Source of the DNA: Batkoa obscura
Taxonomy: Eukaryota
Assembly: GCA_030770535.1 (NCBI GenBank)
Contig: JASVEC010000019.1
Location: forward strand, 806,001-870,000
Direction: 5' to 3'
Length of the DNA stretch: 64,000 bases
A model generated the notes under the pieces. The model saw nothing but the letters and a program-made list of their open reading frames with translations, was not told where the DNA came from and searched no databases. Made by a program: the position numbers and the translations under genes. Below are positions 23,609 to 35,788 of the stretch, piece after piece. Every line of letters begins with the position of its first letter. Within the stretch, counting starts at the first letter, position 1.

Positions 23609-25640
23609 ATGAGTACTTTTACAATTCAACAAATTCCTACGACTATTTTTGATGGTCAAAAACCAGGCACTTCTGGATTACGTAAAAAAGTAGCTGTATT
23701 TTCCCAACAACATTATACCGAGAATTTTATTCAAGCTACCTTACAAGCTATTCCTAATGGATGTCAAGGAAAAACCCTTGTTGTTGGTGGAGATGGAAGA
23801 TATTTTTCTGAAGAAGCTGTTCAAAAGATTATTAAAATTGCAGCTGGTAATGGAGTAAGTTATATAAAATCAGAATGGAATAATAATTGAAATAAAATTG
23901 CTTAATAATATTTTATTGTTAGGTAGCCAAATTAATTATTGGTCAAAATGGGATTTTATCTACTCCTGCTGCTTCTAATCTAATTCGTAAACTCAAGGCT
24001 GATGGTAAGAAATTACTTATGTATTCATAGTTAAAGTTATTTATTTTTTATTAGGTGGTATTTTATTAACTGCATCTCATAATCCAGGAGGTAAATAATA
24101 CATGATACATAATAATATATAATCTAATTAATACTTTTAATTAATTAGGTCCAGAAAATGATTTTGGTATTAAATATAATGTATCTAATGGAGGTAAAAT
24201 AGAATATCATAATAATTATTAACTCATATGTTTATCTATATTTTATATTTATTTTATAATAGGACCTGCTCCTGAATCAATTACTGATAAAATTTATGAG
24301 TATACTAAAATTATTAAAGAATATTCATTAGCTGATATTCAAGATGTAAGTTATATAATAATATATAATAATATATAATAATATATTTTTGATTATAGGT
24401 TGATATTTCTAAAATAGGAACTATTGAATATAATAATTTTATTATTGAAGTTATTGATTCTATTGAAGATTATGTTCAATTAATGAAAGAAATCTTTGAT
24501 TTCAAATTAATTCAAAATTTTATTTCAACTAGATCTGATTTTAAATTTTTGTTTGATGGTATGCATGGAGTAACCGGAGAATATGCTCAACGTTTATTTA
24601 TTAAAGAATTAAATTTATCATCAAATTCAATAATGAATTGTGTTCCATCTCCTACTTTTAATAATGGTCATCCAGACCCTAATTTGACTTATGCTCATGA
24701 ACTAGTTGAAAAAGTAAACCAAAATCAAATTTCTTTTGGAGCTGCTTCCGATGGGGATGGGGATCGTAATATGATCTTGGCTTATGATGCATTCGTTAAT
24801 CCATCTGATTCCGTAGCTATTATTGCAGCTAATTCAAAGTTTATTCCTTACTTCAAGAAAAATCCAATTACTGGATTAGCCCGTTCAATGCCTACATCTA
24901 CTGCTTTAGATCGAGTTGCTGAAGGATTAAAATATACATGTTATGAAGTACCTACTGGATGGAAGTTTTTTGGTAATTTGATGGATGCTAATAAATTATC
25001 AATTTGTGGTGAAGAGTCCTTTGGTACAGGTAGTAATCATATTCGAGAAAAAGATGGATTATGGGCTATTTTAGCTTGGTTAAATATATTAGCTGGTATT
25101 AATGAAATTGATAATACAATTACTATTAAGAAGATATTAAGTAAACATTATCAACAATTTGGTCGTAATTATTTTTCAAGATATGATTATGAAGAAGTAG
25201 ATTCTGTTAAAGCTAAGAATATGATGGATTATTTATTAGAGAAGATTAATAAGAATGAATTTATTGGTCAAAAATTCAATGTATTCACTGTAAAGAAAAC
25301 AGACAATTTTGAATATACTGACCCAATTGATCATTCTATTTCAAAAAATCAAGTAAGTTTATAACTATTGTTAATATAATATGATAAAATAAAATATTAA
25401 CATTAATATTAATAGGGTTTGAGATTTATCTTTGAATGTGGTAGTCGAGTTATTTTTAGATTATCAGGTACTGGTTCTAGTGGTGCTACTATTCGTATGT
25501 ATGTTGAAAAATATGAAGCTGACGCTATTAAAGCAGAACAAGAAGCTCCAGAAGCTCTTAAACCATTAATTGAAGCTGCTTTACAAATTTCAAAATTAAC
25601 CGAATTTACTGGTAGAAAAGAACCAACTGTTATTACTTAA
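23609..25640 (+). CDS. PGM2: Phosphoglucomutase
   Basis: [12 protein letters not shown], catalytic TASHNPGG (split over short exons), DGDGDR metal loop, [20 protein letters not shown]. Confidence 0.95.
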
Positions 25641-25815
25641 AGTAAAGAAATAAAAAAGATATGTTGAGTGTTTTATATAATTGAATATTTGATAATAAAT
25701 AAAGACTATTGATTTATAAAACAACATTACATTATTTTAATAATAAAAACTTTATAATGATACAAAAAGCTAATAAAACAAGAATTTAATGTGGTATTTG
25801 AATATATTAAAAGTA

Positions 25816-25897
25816 TAGTGCCAATGGGATTCGAACCCACGCCTCCGAAGAGAGCGCAACTTGAGTGCGCCGCCTTAGACCACTCGGCCATAGCACC
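25816..25897 (-). tRNA. tRNA-Leu(CAA), intronless
   Basis: GGTGCTATGGCCGAGTGGTCTAAGGCGGCGCACT-CAA-GTTGCGCTCTCTTCGGAGGCGTGGGTTCGAATCCCATTGGCACTA: cloverleaf with long variable arm, followed by a T-run. Confidence 0.95.
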
Positions 25898-26810
25898 TTC
25901 TTAATTGAAACTTAAAAGAAAGAAAGAAATTTATAACATTAAAAAAAATGATTGTTTTAATTTAACAAATGTTATTAAATTAAGTTAAGGAATAAAATCG
26001 ATTTTATTTTTTATTACTTTAAATACATTCTTATTAAATTAACTTTTAATCTAACTTTAATGAAATTTCTTACAGTAAAATTTTATAAACCCAGTAATTA
26101 AAATTATTAAATTTGATAAAATAATGCTAGTAATTTATTGACTTAACTTCAAGACCAATGTCCACATATCTATAAGTAGATATAAATTGTATTCTATATT
26201 ATTATGATTCGCTGTTAAAAAGATTATAACATAAATACAAATATCGGGTTTAAAGTTTCATCTAATATAAGGGTAATAAGCAAGAAAATGTTTAGTTTAT
26301 AGTAAATGCTCTTGCTTTTATTTCTACTAATTTTGAAAAAAAAACTAGAATTAAAAAAAAGAAACCGAATTATTGTAAATTTTAAAGCAGTAATTTTTAA
26401 TATTTAACTTAGTAAAAAACTAGTTGCAAGTAATGTGAGAAGAATTTTCAAATGCTAAAGTATAAAAACAAGTAATATAATTTGTAAAATGAAGGGGTTA
26501 AAAGGGGTCAAAAGGATATTTTTTATATCAAAGCAATTCATATTATATAAGTAAAATGCATAAAAAGTTGAACATTAGCTTAATTATCCACTTCCCAGAT
26601 AGAACAATAAAAATAGCTATCACTAACAAAAAGTGGAATCCTATCTAAGCACATTTTTGAAATTTGGACTATATCTTAGAGATGAAGGGTTAAAGTAGCA
26701 TTGGCCTTTCTACTTGTTTTATCTATAACATGTAAATTGCTTATACTAAATTCTCGTTTCAATCTCTTATAACCTCCTCGTTTATGAGTTTTATAGTCTC
26801 CCTTTGTAAA

Positions 26811-26910
26811 TGGGGATGTATTTTTTTGTTTAAGAATTTCACTAACAATCTTTCTGCTCAAATACCACTTAAAAAGTGGAAAAGTAATGAAGCCAAAAAA
26901 AACATCCCCA
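26811..26910 (+). mobile_element. ~100-bp MITE
   Basis: tggggatgtattttt ... aaaaaaaacatcccca. Confidence 0.85.
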
Positions 26911-27121
26911 AATCGTGGAAATTCTTAGGCTATTTTCATAAAATAATAAATGAAATATTGATGGTTTATTTTAAACATTGATTATTATAAATGGATATTT
27001 GAAATAGGTAATATATATATCTTATTATAAAGTAGAGAGTTATTTATTGTCAAGGAATATGTTATGGGGAAATTTTATTTCTCTAGGTTTGTTTCATATT
27101 GATAGTTGATATATAAACATT

Positions 27122-27218
27122 TGGGAATATTTTTTTTGATTTTATCACTTTTTCCATTTTTAAGTGTTATTTGAGCAGAAAGATTATAAGTAAATTCTTA
27201 AACAAAAATACATTCCCA
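27122..27218 (-). mobile_element. ~100-bp MITE
   Basis: Reverse-orientation copy ending aaaaatacattccca. Confidence 0.75.
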
Positions 27219-27582
27219 TTCATATAACAAAATAAACCAATACTTTAAAAAAACAGAAGTTGAAAATGATAGTAAATATTATTTATATCCATTTGTTTGC
27301 TTGTATTATATATATATTATACTGAAAAATAGTCATAGATTAATACTTTGATGTGGTATTTAGTAGATTATAACTCAGTTAAACTAGTTAGATTATTAGA
27401 ATAAACAATCTACTAATATTTAATTCTTTTAACGATATTTTAGCTACTATTTTGATTTAGTAAACATTACTACAAATATTTGATGTATAAAAAACGGTAA
27501 GTGAACTTTTAAGATAACAATTTAACTACATTATCTATTTAAATTATTTCATTCAAAGTTCAACACAATGATTAATAAAATA

Positions 27583-27683
27583 TGGGAGTGTTTTTTTTAA
27601 CTTGATTATTTTTTCCATTTTTTAAGCGCTATTTAAGCGGAAAAATAGTTAGTAAAATTGTTAGACACAAAAATACATCCCCA
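27583..27683 (-). mobile_element. ~100-bp MITE
   Basis: TA|TGGGAGTGTTTTTTT ... AAAAATACATCCCCA|TA. Confidence 0.85.
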
Positions 27684-27786
27684 TATGATTTTTTTTGCAA
27701 TTCAATAAATTTTATTAAAGGTGAGTATCAATTACAAAATAAAGAGAATATAGTTTTTGATACCGAAAAGGATAGATCATGAAACT

Positions 27787-27918
27787 TTAGGGCCAATGTC
27801 CAGGATTATTATTAGTGGATGTAGGTTCAGGTGGCTTCTCTACGTTATCACGAGCGATTAAGTAAGCATTGGTTGATAATATGGACATAGCAATAGCCAT
27901 AATTAAATTAAAATTCAT
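27787..27918 (-). CDS. 43-aa secreted prepropeptide MNFNLIMAIAMSILSTNAYLIARDNVEKPPEPTSTNNNPGHWP
   Basis: Intact ATG-to-TAA ORF with locally higher GC, a signal peptide ending T-N-A and propeptide YLIAR; a paralog with homologous upstream region lies at 29119-29248. Confidence 0.7.
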   Translation of the reverse strand: MNFNLIMAIAMSILSTNAYLIARDNVEKPPEPTSTNNNPGHWP

Positions 27919-28620
27919 TTTAAAAACTATTTAATTAATAAACAAAAATAGGTTCAACAAGGAGAGTATTCAACAAGAGTAAATATTCAACATTTTATAT
28001 ATTCGCTTTTTAAATACTAAATTTTATAGGCATATAATAAAGAATAAAAACAAGTTGAATTTCAAATTTAGAACATTCAATTTTTATTATTTTATTCACT
28101 TTTAGTATTTTTACAATTATTTTTAAATTAAATTGATGTATTTTAAACAATGTTACTAATGGACTAAAGAACAAGGTATTTAAAAAGGAGGTCAGCATGT
28201 TAAAAGTAGTAATCAATAAAATTTTTAGGGTTGTTTATTTCGTATATAATATTTATAGAAGTTTTTATTATTTTATTTAGTGTATACTTAGTTTATTTAT
28301 TTGATTTGTTCTAAATCCTTGAGCTTTAGTGAGCTTTAGTGCTAATAAAATAACCTCATAGCACTTTGAGATGGTAGATCCATTTTTCAAATGATTTATC
28401 AAACTAAGGGCTAAAATAACAATGTTATAATAGTTTCAATTAGCTATGTCTGATACATTATACCATCAAGTTGTCTAGTTCTTTTGATCTATATCCAGTT
28501 TTCAGTTTACCATTCGATTTTTAAAAAAACCTATCACTTCTTTAAACTTGATAGTGCTTTAACTCAACGATAAAGTTGTAGAACAAAAACCAAATAATAT
28601 AAATAAAAATTATGAACATA

Positions 28621-28721
28621 TGAGAGTGTTTTTTTTGACTTCATTGTTTTTTCCATTTTTTAAGCGCTATTTAAGCGGAAAAATAGTTAGTAAAATTGTT
28701 AGACACAAAAATACATCTCCA
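28621..28721 (-). mobile_element. ~100-bp MITE
   Basis: TA|TGAGAGTGTTTTTTT ... AAAAATACATCTCCA|TA; nearly identical to 27583-27683. Confidence 0.85.
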
Positions 28722-29118
28722 TATAAAGCAAAATGAAATAAAAATAAAATAAAATAAAATAAAATAAAAAAACAGCAAATTTGTATAATTTTAGGTTCTA
28801 CAAAGGATTAGGCTACTCAGTAATCTGAGCGTTGTGTAATCGAGCTGTTATACATTATAGATTGTGGATTTAAAATTACAGTTTTTTAAAAAAAAGCTAC
28901 TAAAAAACAATTGCCATCTAATATTTTAATATACTGTTTATCGAAGGCCAATGTCAAAGTGAATGAACTAGATTGCAATATTTAATATTTTTTATAGTTT
29001 AAATTTATAAATATTTATAAATATATTTACATGTAATTATCTTATTATCTTAAAATACAATCAACTATAAAAATGGCAAACAAACTTAAAGGATGGAAAA
29101 TGATAAATACTAAAGTGT

Positions 29119-29248
29119 TTAAGACCACAGTGTCCAGGAATAAGGTCAATAAAATAAATTTTAATAGGTTATTTGCATTGTCACAAGCGATCAAATAAGC
29201 ATTGACTGACAATAAATATAATGAAAAAAGTACTAATTTAAAATCCAT
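29119..29248 (-). pseudogene. Frameshifted paralog of the 43-aa secreted peptide gene
   Basis: MDFKLVLFSLYLLSVNAYLIACDNA..., then out-of-frame cct gga cac [tg] tgg tct taa (PGH-WS*); the 464-bp element is inserted 3 bp upstream of its ATG. Confidence 0.65.
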
Positions 29249-29251
29249 CAC

Positions 29252-29715
29252 TGTGAAACATCGCTTTGTCAGTCCCATGGTTAATTATAGCATAACAATC
29301 GCCTAAGCTGTTGTGTTCTCAAGTTCAGAGAAAATCAGTTCCACGTTCTTATTTTGATTTGCTATGACAATTTCTAGCTCCATCCCAAAGAATATTATCT
29401 TCTCATTTTGATATTTATACTTTTCAGAGTATAAAAGAGTTTACAGAGTATGGTAGTTCGAGGCTTTTTAACTGAATTATTCCTTGATATCTCGAACATT
29501 TAATAAAGCCACTAAGTTTACTTAATAGTATTTTACGTAGATTTTACATTAGTATTGTCTATTCTATCTGTCTTATATAGCTTGTAACCTATTACGTGCT
29601 ATTCCTCATAACCCAAGTCTATCTTAGTCACATAAACTAAGACCTTTCGACTTATAGTGTAGTCAACCCAGCAATAGCTGTTCTTGACTCCAAATACTGA
29701 GTACCAGATTTCACA
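29252..29715 (+). mobile_element. 464-bp TG...CA element, copy 5
   Basis: TGTGAAAC...ATTTCACA with 4-bp TSD TCAC; close to copies 1/2 with scattered substitutions. Confidence 0.85.
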
Positions 29716-29858
29716 TCACACAGTTATTTAATTAAAAAAAGGTCTAATAAAGAGGAGGTTAAAAAAGAGCAACCATCTTTATATACTGATTCATAAGCTT
29801 GGGTAATATGAAAGTCAAAGCTTATAATCAGCTAGTTGAACTAAGTTGATGCTATATA

Positions 29859-29958
29859 TGGGGATGTATTTTTGTATTTAAGGATTTTACTAACAATTTT
29901 TCCGCTTAGATAGTGCTTAAAAAATGGAAAAAATAATGATGTCAAAAAAACATTTCCA
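29859..29958 (+). mobile_element. ~100-bp MITE
   Basis: TA|TGGGGATGTATTTTT ... AAAAAAACATTTCCA|TA. Confidence 0.85.
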
Positions 29959-31195
29959 TAGAAGAATGTCTTTCTAGTACACAATTTAAGGCTTCTAGTA
30001 AATAAAGTAAAAATAAATTAGGTAGATTTAAACTATTAATTTGGAAAATGGTATTTTCACTAAGAATTCAGAAGCGTTATTGGTGATATAGCATATATCT
30101 CATCATGTAATCAAGTAATTTCTATAAAGGGTAGTTTTTTTGTCAAAGGCTATTTGCCTTTAAAATTGTATTCACTTTGTTGAAAGTATGCTGTTATCTT
30201 AAACTTTAGACTTGTAATTAAAGTAATATCTGCGTTAAAGTCCACTGATAAATCGTGTTTAATTCTGCCTTAATTTGTTATATCTCTATGGTGAAAATTT
30301 CATATACTTGCTTTAAAAACTAATTACTAACAAGCTAACATACTCTTTGATTAAATAAATGTAACAATAGCAATGATTAACTTGAAATTCATCTTTTAAC
30401 TATTTAATAGCTATAAAAACGCTCGATTTAATAATATAGTTATCTAAAACATCAAACATTTATCTGTTAGTTTTAAATTAGAGCTATATAAAGTTTTATG
30501 ACCAAAACTAAATGATAACAATCATGATATAGAGTCTAATATTTCATATAAAAGGTGGATACTTATCACACTTTTAGTGTTTGTAGTCATATTAAACTAT
30601 CGAAACCTAAATTCTAGACTTCTAAGTTATAATTATATAAATTTAAAATCCTAATATAAAAAGCACTTGGTATACGAAGAATTGTTTTTGATAATGTGTT
30701 TTTATCTAGCACTTTAAATTCAATGTTTTTTCTATATAAAGCCTTGAGCGTCGTCTTTTATATCAAAGATATTAAGGCTTTTATAAGCTTCACTCTTTCA
30801 CTGGAATTCCAAATATTTTATTTGACAATAGGCGAACAAAAGATAGATGTAGAACATCTAAAGATGATAGATAAATGAATTGATCAAAAAGGTTAAATAA
30901 GACAAAAAGAAGTTTAAGTTTGATTAACATAAACGTTCTGATTTAGATTATAATTAGCTTGAACTTTTATAATTAAAATTGTAAGCATTTGTAAGAAAAT
31001 TATGGTTATTTCTAGATTATACTTTTTTTTTAGAATATCTACCATTTGAAAAGAGCAAAAGATAAACTTCTTAAAAAGATCCATTGTCTTATATAAAGCT
31101 ACATCGTGAGATTTAGTTTTACATTAATTTATTTTCTTATGCTTTGAAATGGTTAAATATAAAGTATCAATCTTTAATCACAACAAAGTAAGAAA

Positions 31196-31295
31196 TGGAG
31201 ATGTATTTTTTTGTTCAAGAATTTTACTAATAATCTTTCTGCTCAAATAACACTTAAAAATAGAAAAAACGATGAAATCATAAAAAATATCCTCA
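31196..31295 (+). mobile_element. ~100-bp MITE
   Basis: tggagatgtattttt ... aaaaaatatcctca. Confidence 0.75.
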
Positions 31296-32061
31296 AGTAA
31301 TAATCTCAGTAATTTAATAGTGCTAAAAACTACCGAAGAAAGGAAATAAAAGAGTCTTTAAAACTGGGTACAAATCAATACGGATCTCAGTGAAAACACT
31401 GTATTAAAAATTGCAGTATATTAATTGACAAGATAATATAAAGTGAATTTTAATTTCAATTGTTTAATTCAATTTATAAATTAAAACTAAATTAAGGATC
31501 AAATATAAATTAACTATCCTTAGTTAGGGTGGTTAAGTTGATTTTATATAAATAAAATAATAAATATTGAATTTTAAGTGATAATGAAACTGATTAATTG
31601 GGGTGGATAAAATAGAAATTTTAACTAAGAAAGAATGGAGACATTAAAAAGAATTTAACTAAACGTTTGAAATAATTATAATAAAAGTAAACTGAAATAA
31701 ACAAAGTTTTAATTTTGTATAATATAAGTATACAACTTATTATTTAAAGTTTTGTATTAATTTTATACTGTTCTTAATAACGATTTAAACTTTTACAAAA
31801 AAGATTAACCAAAGATTACAGAAAATAAAACGCCATAAGATTATCGAGCCAAATGAAACATTTATAATAAATTTATTTAATAGTTATGCCATAACAAAAA
31901 TCCAACTTCAAGGTGGGTGAAGATGAATAAAAATGATAAACAAGGACTTAAATAAGGTGAATAGTAAGGATGGTAACAAAAATAATAGTATTTAAACTAG
32001 CTTTGATGAACTTTACAAAAAAAAGAAATATTGCTGTCTTTTAGTAATTTTTTAAATAAAG

Positions 32062-33057
32062 ATGAATTACGAGAATGATATTGCTATGGCAATGGCTTTT
32101 CCATTCCCAATTTTCGGTAACAATGGGGTAAGCTCGGTTAATAAGATCAATAAGTTAAACTCCATTAAAGAAGATGATGTCAACAATGATCAGGATGAGG
32201 CCATTGATTTAAAAGAAGATGAAGAAGAAGAAGAAAAGGAAAAGGAAATAGGTATGACAAATAACCCAGTTGAAATCAATGACTTATTTAATAATATGTC
32301 ATTAAACAATAACAAATATGATAGTACAATTCCAGTTTCACGTAAAAGAGCCGATTCTGGTATCAGTTTAGGATCTGAAGATAACGGTGACATTCCAGCT
32401 TTAAACATTAACAAGTTCAATAATAGCAATAACAACAATTCAAGTTTATTAGACCAAGCAATTGATATGCTTGGGCTTATTATTAATGGAAACAAAACAA
32501 ACATAAATAATGATTCAGCAAAACCCCAAAGTAATGAAAAGGAGGAAGAAGTGATGGATATCTATAACACTTTATTAGATCTTAAGAGTACGATTCAACT
32601 ACCAGATGAAAATGAAATTATTACTAATATTAACAATCAAATTGTTCATTCCCCAACAGAAGATCAAGAGATCAAAGAGGAAACAATTAAAGAAACCATC
32701 TCATTAAGTGAAGCTATAAATCAATTCGAAAAAGATAACCAAAGTGTTTTTGATGATGATGACGATAATGCTACTTCCACTAGCTTGGCAAGCTTAAAAG
32801 AAGAAAATTATAAGGTATTATTTGATAGCTTGCTAGAATTAGATTCAACTGAATTAAATATCAACTCGCATGCATGGAATAGAACAAAAGAGTACATTGT
32901 TCGTTATTTAGGCAATTATACTGATTTTAGCAGATGGACTATGGATTCTTCAAATAAGTATATTGCTATCCCTGTTGTTGTTTCTTTTACTTTGGCTATC
33001 TTCTTTTTAAATTTATCTAAGTTTACTATTAATTCCTTGTTAAAGAAAAAAAAATGA
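32062..33057 (+). CDS. 331-aa acidic/Asn-rich protein with a single C-terminal transmembrane segment and basic tail (tail-anchored); function unknown
   Basis: Uninterrupted ORF; C-terminus YIAIPVVVSFTLAIFFLNL...LLKKKK. Confidence 0.75.
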   Translation: MNYENDIAMAMAFPFPIFGNNGVSSVNKINKLNSIKEDDVNNDQDEAIDLKEDEEEEEKEKEIGMTNNPVEINDLFNNMSLNNNKYDSTIPVSRKRADSGISLGSEDNGDIPALNINKFNNSNNNNSSLLDQAIDMLGLIINGNKTNINNDSAKPQSNEKEEEVMDIYNTLLDLKSTIQLPDENEIITNINNQIVHSPTEDQEIKEETIKETISLSEAINQFEKDNQSVFDDDDDNATSTSLASLKEENYKVLFDSLLELDSTELNINSHAWNRTKEYIVRYLGNYTDFSRWTMDSSNKYIAIPVVVSFTLAIFFLNLSKFTINSLLKKKK

Positions 33058-33471
33058 TTTTGTAAGTTATTTTTTTATTTATTGTTTACAAAATAAAGTT
33101 ATATTTATTATTACAAGTATAATTTAAGTTATGTTTTCAAGTTATTTTATGACTTGACATTGGCCAGTATAATTCAAATAAAAGATTCAAAGCTTAACTT
33201 CAATTTATTATCATGAAACATGTTATGAGTTTGTATTAAACACATATAAATAGATATTGGAAATATTTCTCAATAGTATAAATTAGTAAGTAAACTATCA
33301 ATTATTAGACGATATGAAAGCTGAAAACAGACCACTTTTTGCAACTTACAATTAATTATATATATTAAATTAATAGTTAATATGTATTTGTATTATGAAG
33401 GTGTTATGGTAGTAATCAAAAACTAGGCTGATGTTTAAAAACTAATAAAACTAGGGGCTAAAATATTATAT

Positions 33472-33572
33472 TGGGAGTGTCTTTTTTGACTTCATTATTT
33501 TTTTCATTTTTTAAGCGCTATTTAAGTGGAAAATTTGTTAGTAAGATTCTTAAATACAAAAATACATCCCCA
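33472..33572 (-). mobile_element. ~100-bp MITE
   Basis: tgggagtgtctttttt ... aaaaatacatcccca|ta. Confidence 0.85.
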
Positions 33573-34248
33573 TATTATTAAAGATTACACAAATGTAATA
33601 AATATAAAATTGATCAAATGGAAGATATAGATCAAAACCACAAACAATTAAATTAAAATAAGCTAGATAAAAAGCTCAATGTTAAACTAGAAAAAGAATT
33701 TAATTTAATAATAATCCTTATTTTAATTATTGTATTATTAATAACATGATACAATATATTAATAAGAATATATTCAAAATGGATAAAAACTTAAAATTCA
33801 ATAACCCCAAAATGAGCAATTGTTTTAAGTGTATTGGACTAGAGTATAAACTAAACCTAAGCCTCAAGCTTAAATGGGAAGTAAAAAATAGGGTGAAATA
33901 ATTAAGGTGAAATATAATTAATAAAGTCCAAAATTTGGGTTAAAACCAATTAAATCGAAAATATACTTTAGAAAAGTAATAATAAAATAAACAAACATTG
34001 GACAAAAAAATTATGAAGTATAAAAATAAAGTAGTAACTCTTTTTTTTTGATCTTAATACTATTTAATTGTTCTGATTACTAAAATAATCCTATTTATTT
34101 ATCAATTCTGACATTAAAGGGGAGACAAAAAGAGAACAATCTGGATATACGACTATTAATATAAATTTTATTTAAATCTTTTTTATTTATCAAACAGAAC
34201 ATTTATTTATATTTCATTTTTTTTTTTTTTGGAAAAAGCAAAAATAAT

Positions 34249-34995
34249 ATGAATAAATTAAATAATAAAGACAACAAGAATAGGAATTTATCATTACCTT
34301 CGATTACTCATTTGCTTGAACAACCCTCAAACGATTTTAATAATAGCAGTAATATAAACGATATTTCTATATGTGATAATATAAATAACATCAATAGTGT
34401 ACATAATAATAGTAGTAATAATTTGATACAATTTAATTCTAGTTTTAACAATCAGATCAACGACTTAAACTTTGCCAATTTAAAGCAATCCTCCTCTTCA
34501 TCGCTGACATATACTATAAATAATGATATAGTAAACCTATACAATAAAAATACTATCATAAACCAACCTCGGCAACCTTCATCAAATGTATTACTAAAAA
34601 ATCAATTTAACCAAAATGAGGAAGAAGATGATAAGGAAGATATTAATGGCATTAATTTAATCTATAACGATAGTTTATATACTAATAATCCAATCAGCGC
34701 TGTACTAGTCCATCCACATAACAAGATCCAAATGATTGAATACGAACAAAATTTTGATTTAGAGAAACAAGATGAGATGATCAAAGAGAGTCATAAACTT
34801 GCAGAAAGACAGCGACGAAAGCAAATGAAACAATTGTTTGAGAATTTACGTCAAGTATTACCTGCAAACAAGTTAAATAAGGCCTCAAAATGGGAGATTT
34901 TATCACAAGCGATCAACTACATTAATTCTTTAAAGTGCAAGAATGACCAAATGTATAATGAATTACAAAGGTTGAAATCAACCTCTTTTAGTTAG
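34249..34995 (+). CDS. bHLH transcription factor (resembles S. pombe Esc1-type bHLH)
   Basis: C-terminal SHKLAERQRRKQMKQLFENLRQVLP...KASKWEILSQAINYINSL; Asn-rich N-terminus with an LSLPSITHLL motif. Confidence 0.9.
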   Translation: MNKLNNKDNKNRNLSLPSITHLLEQPSNDFNNSSNINDISICDNINNINSVHNNSSNNLIQFNSSFNNQINDLNFANLKQSSSSSLTYTINNDIVNLYNKNTIINQPRQPSSNVLLKNQFNQNEEEDDKEDINGINLIYNDSLYTNNPISAVLVHPHNKIQMIEYEQNFDLEKQDEMIKESHKLAERQRRKQMKQLFENLRQVLPANKLNKASKWEILSQAINYINSLKCKNDQMYNELQRLKSTSFS

Positions 34996-35788
34996 GATAG
35001 GTGGCGGTTTGTGGTATTTATTAAAGTATTTGTGTCTTCACTATTTTTAGCCCTCTTTTTAATTCTCAACCTACCTTTTTTTGTACCAATAAAAATTTAA
35101 ACTAATCACCTCTATTTTGTAAGGTATTATTACTTTTTTATTGACTTTCTTATAAGTATTATATTTATTCGTAATTAAATAACTTTTCAACCTTAACATT
35201 ATCCTTAAACCCAATTTTTAGTTTAACATGTTATTATTAGGCATATACTCAAATAATAAAAAAGGGTTAAAATAAAGTTTGATTTAATTATTAGCTTTTA
35301 CAACTTGTTTATTCTTTTAATGTAAAGCTAAAATATAATATAATTTGTTTTAAATTTGATTTCAATAGTGTTTCACTAAAAGAAAACTCCTTTTTATTTT
35401 TATTTTTATTTTTATTTTTAAAAAAAACCGATTTACTAAATAATTTATTGCAATTTCAACACTAGTAAGATCCCAACTTTGTCTATAAAATATTAAGTTA
35501 TAAAAGCTACTTATATAAATTTTAAAATTCAAAATATAAAATATAAAATAAGAGTAATAAAAAAGTATTTACTTTATTTTTGAAATAATAAATTATTTTT
35601 GTTCAAATTGTAGGTATAATATTTATAAATTTTAAGCTCAAAAGTGGACTAAAACTGAAATGGAAAAATACTTTCCCATATAGTTTTAAAATAAGCTTAC
35701 TATTGCATAATTTTATACCAATTAGTCCAATAATATACGTGAGAAAATAAAACAAAGGAATTTTAAGTAATCACTTTTTAAGTAAAGA

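Noticed and set aside
28300..28620. Minus-strand hydrophobic start followed by degraded coding-like sequence
   Set aside because: Many stops and no recognisable homology, including to the GHW peptide family.
26811..29958. Recurrent ~100-bp repeats as a possible CRISPR-like array
   Set aside because: Irregular spacing, both orientations, TIRs and TA flanks, eukaryotic context and no cas genes; these are MITEs.
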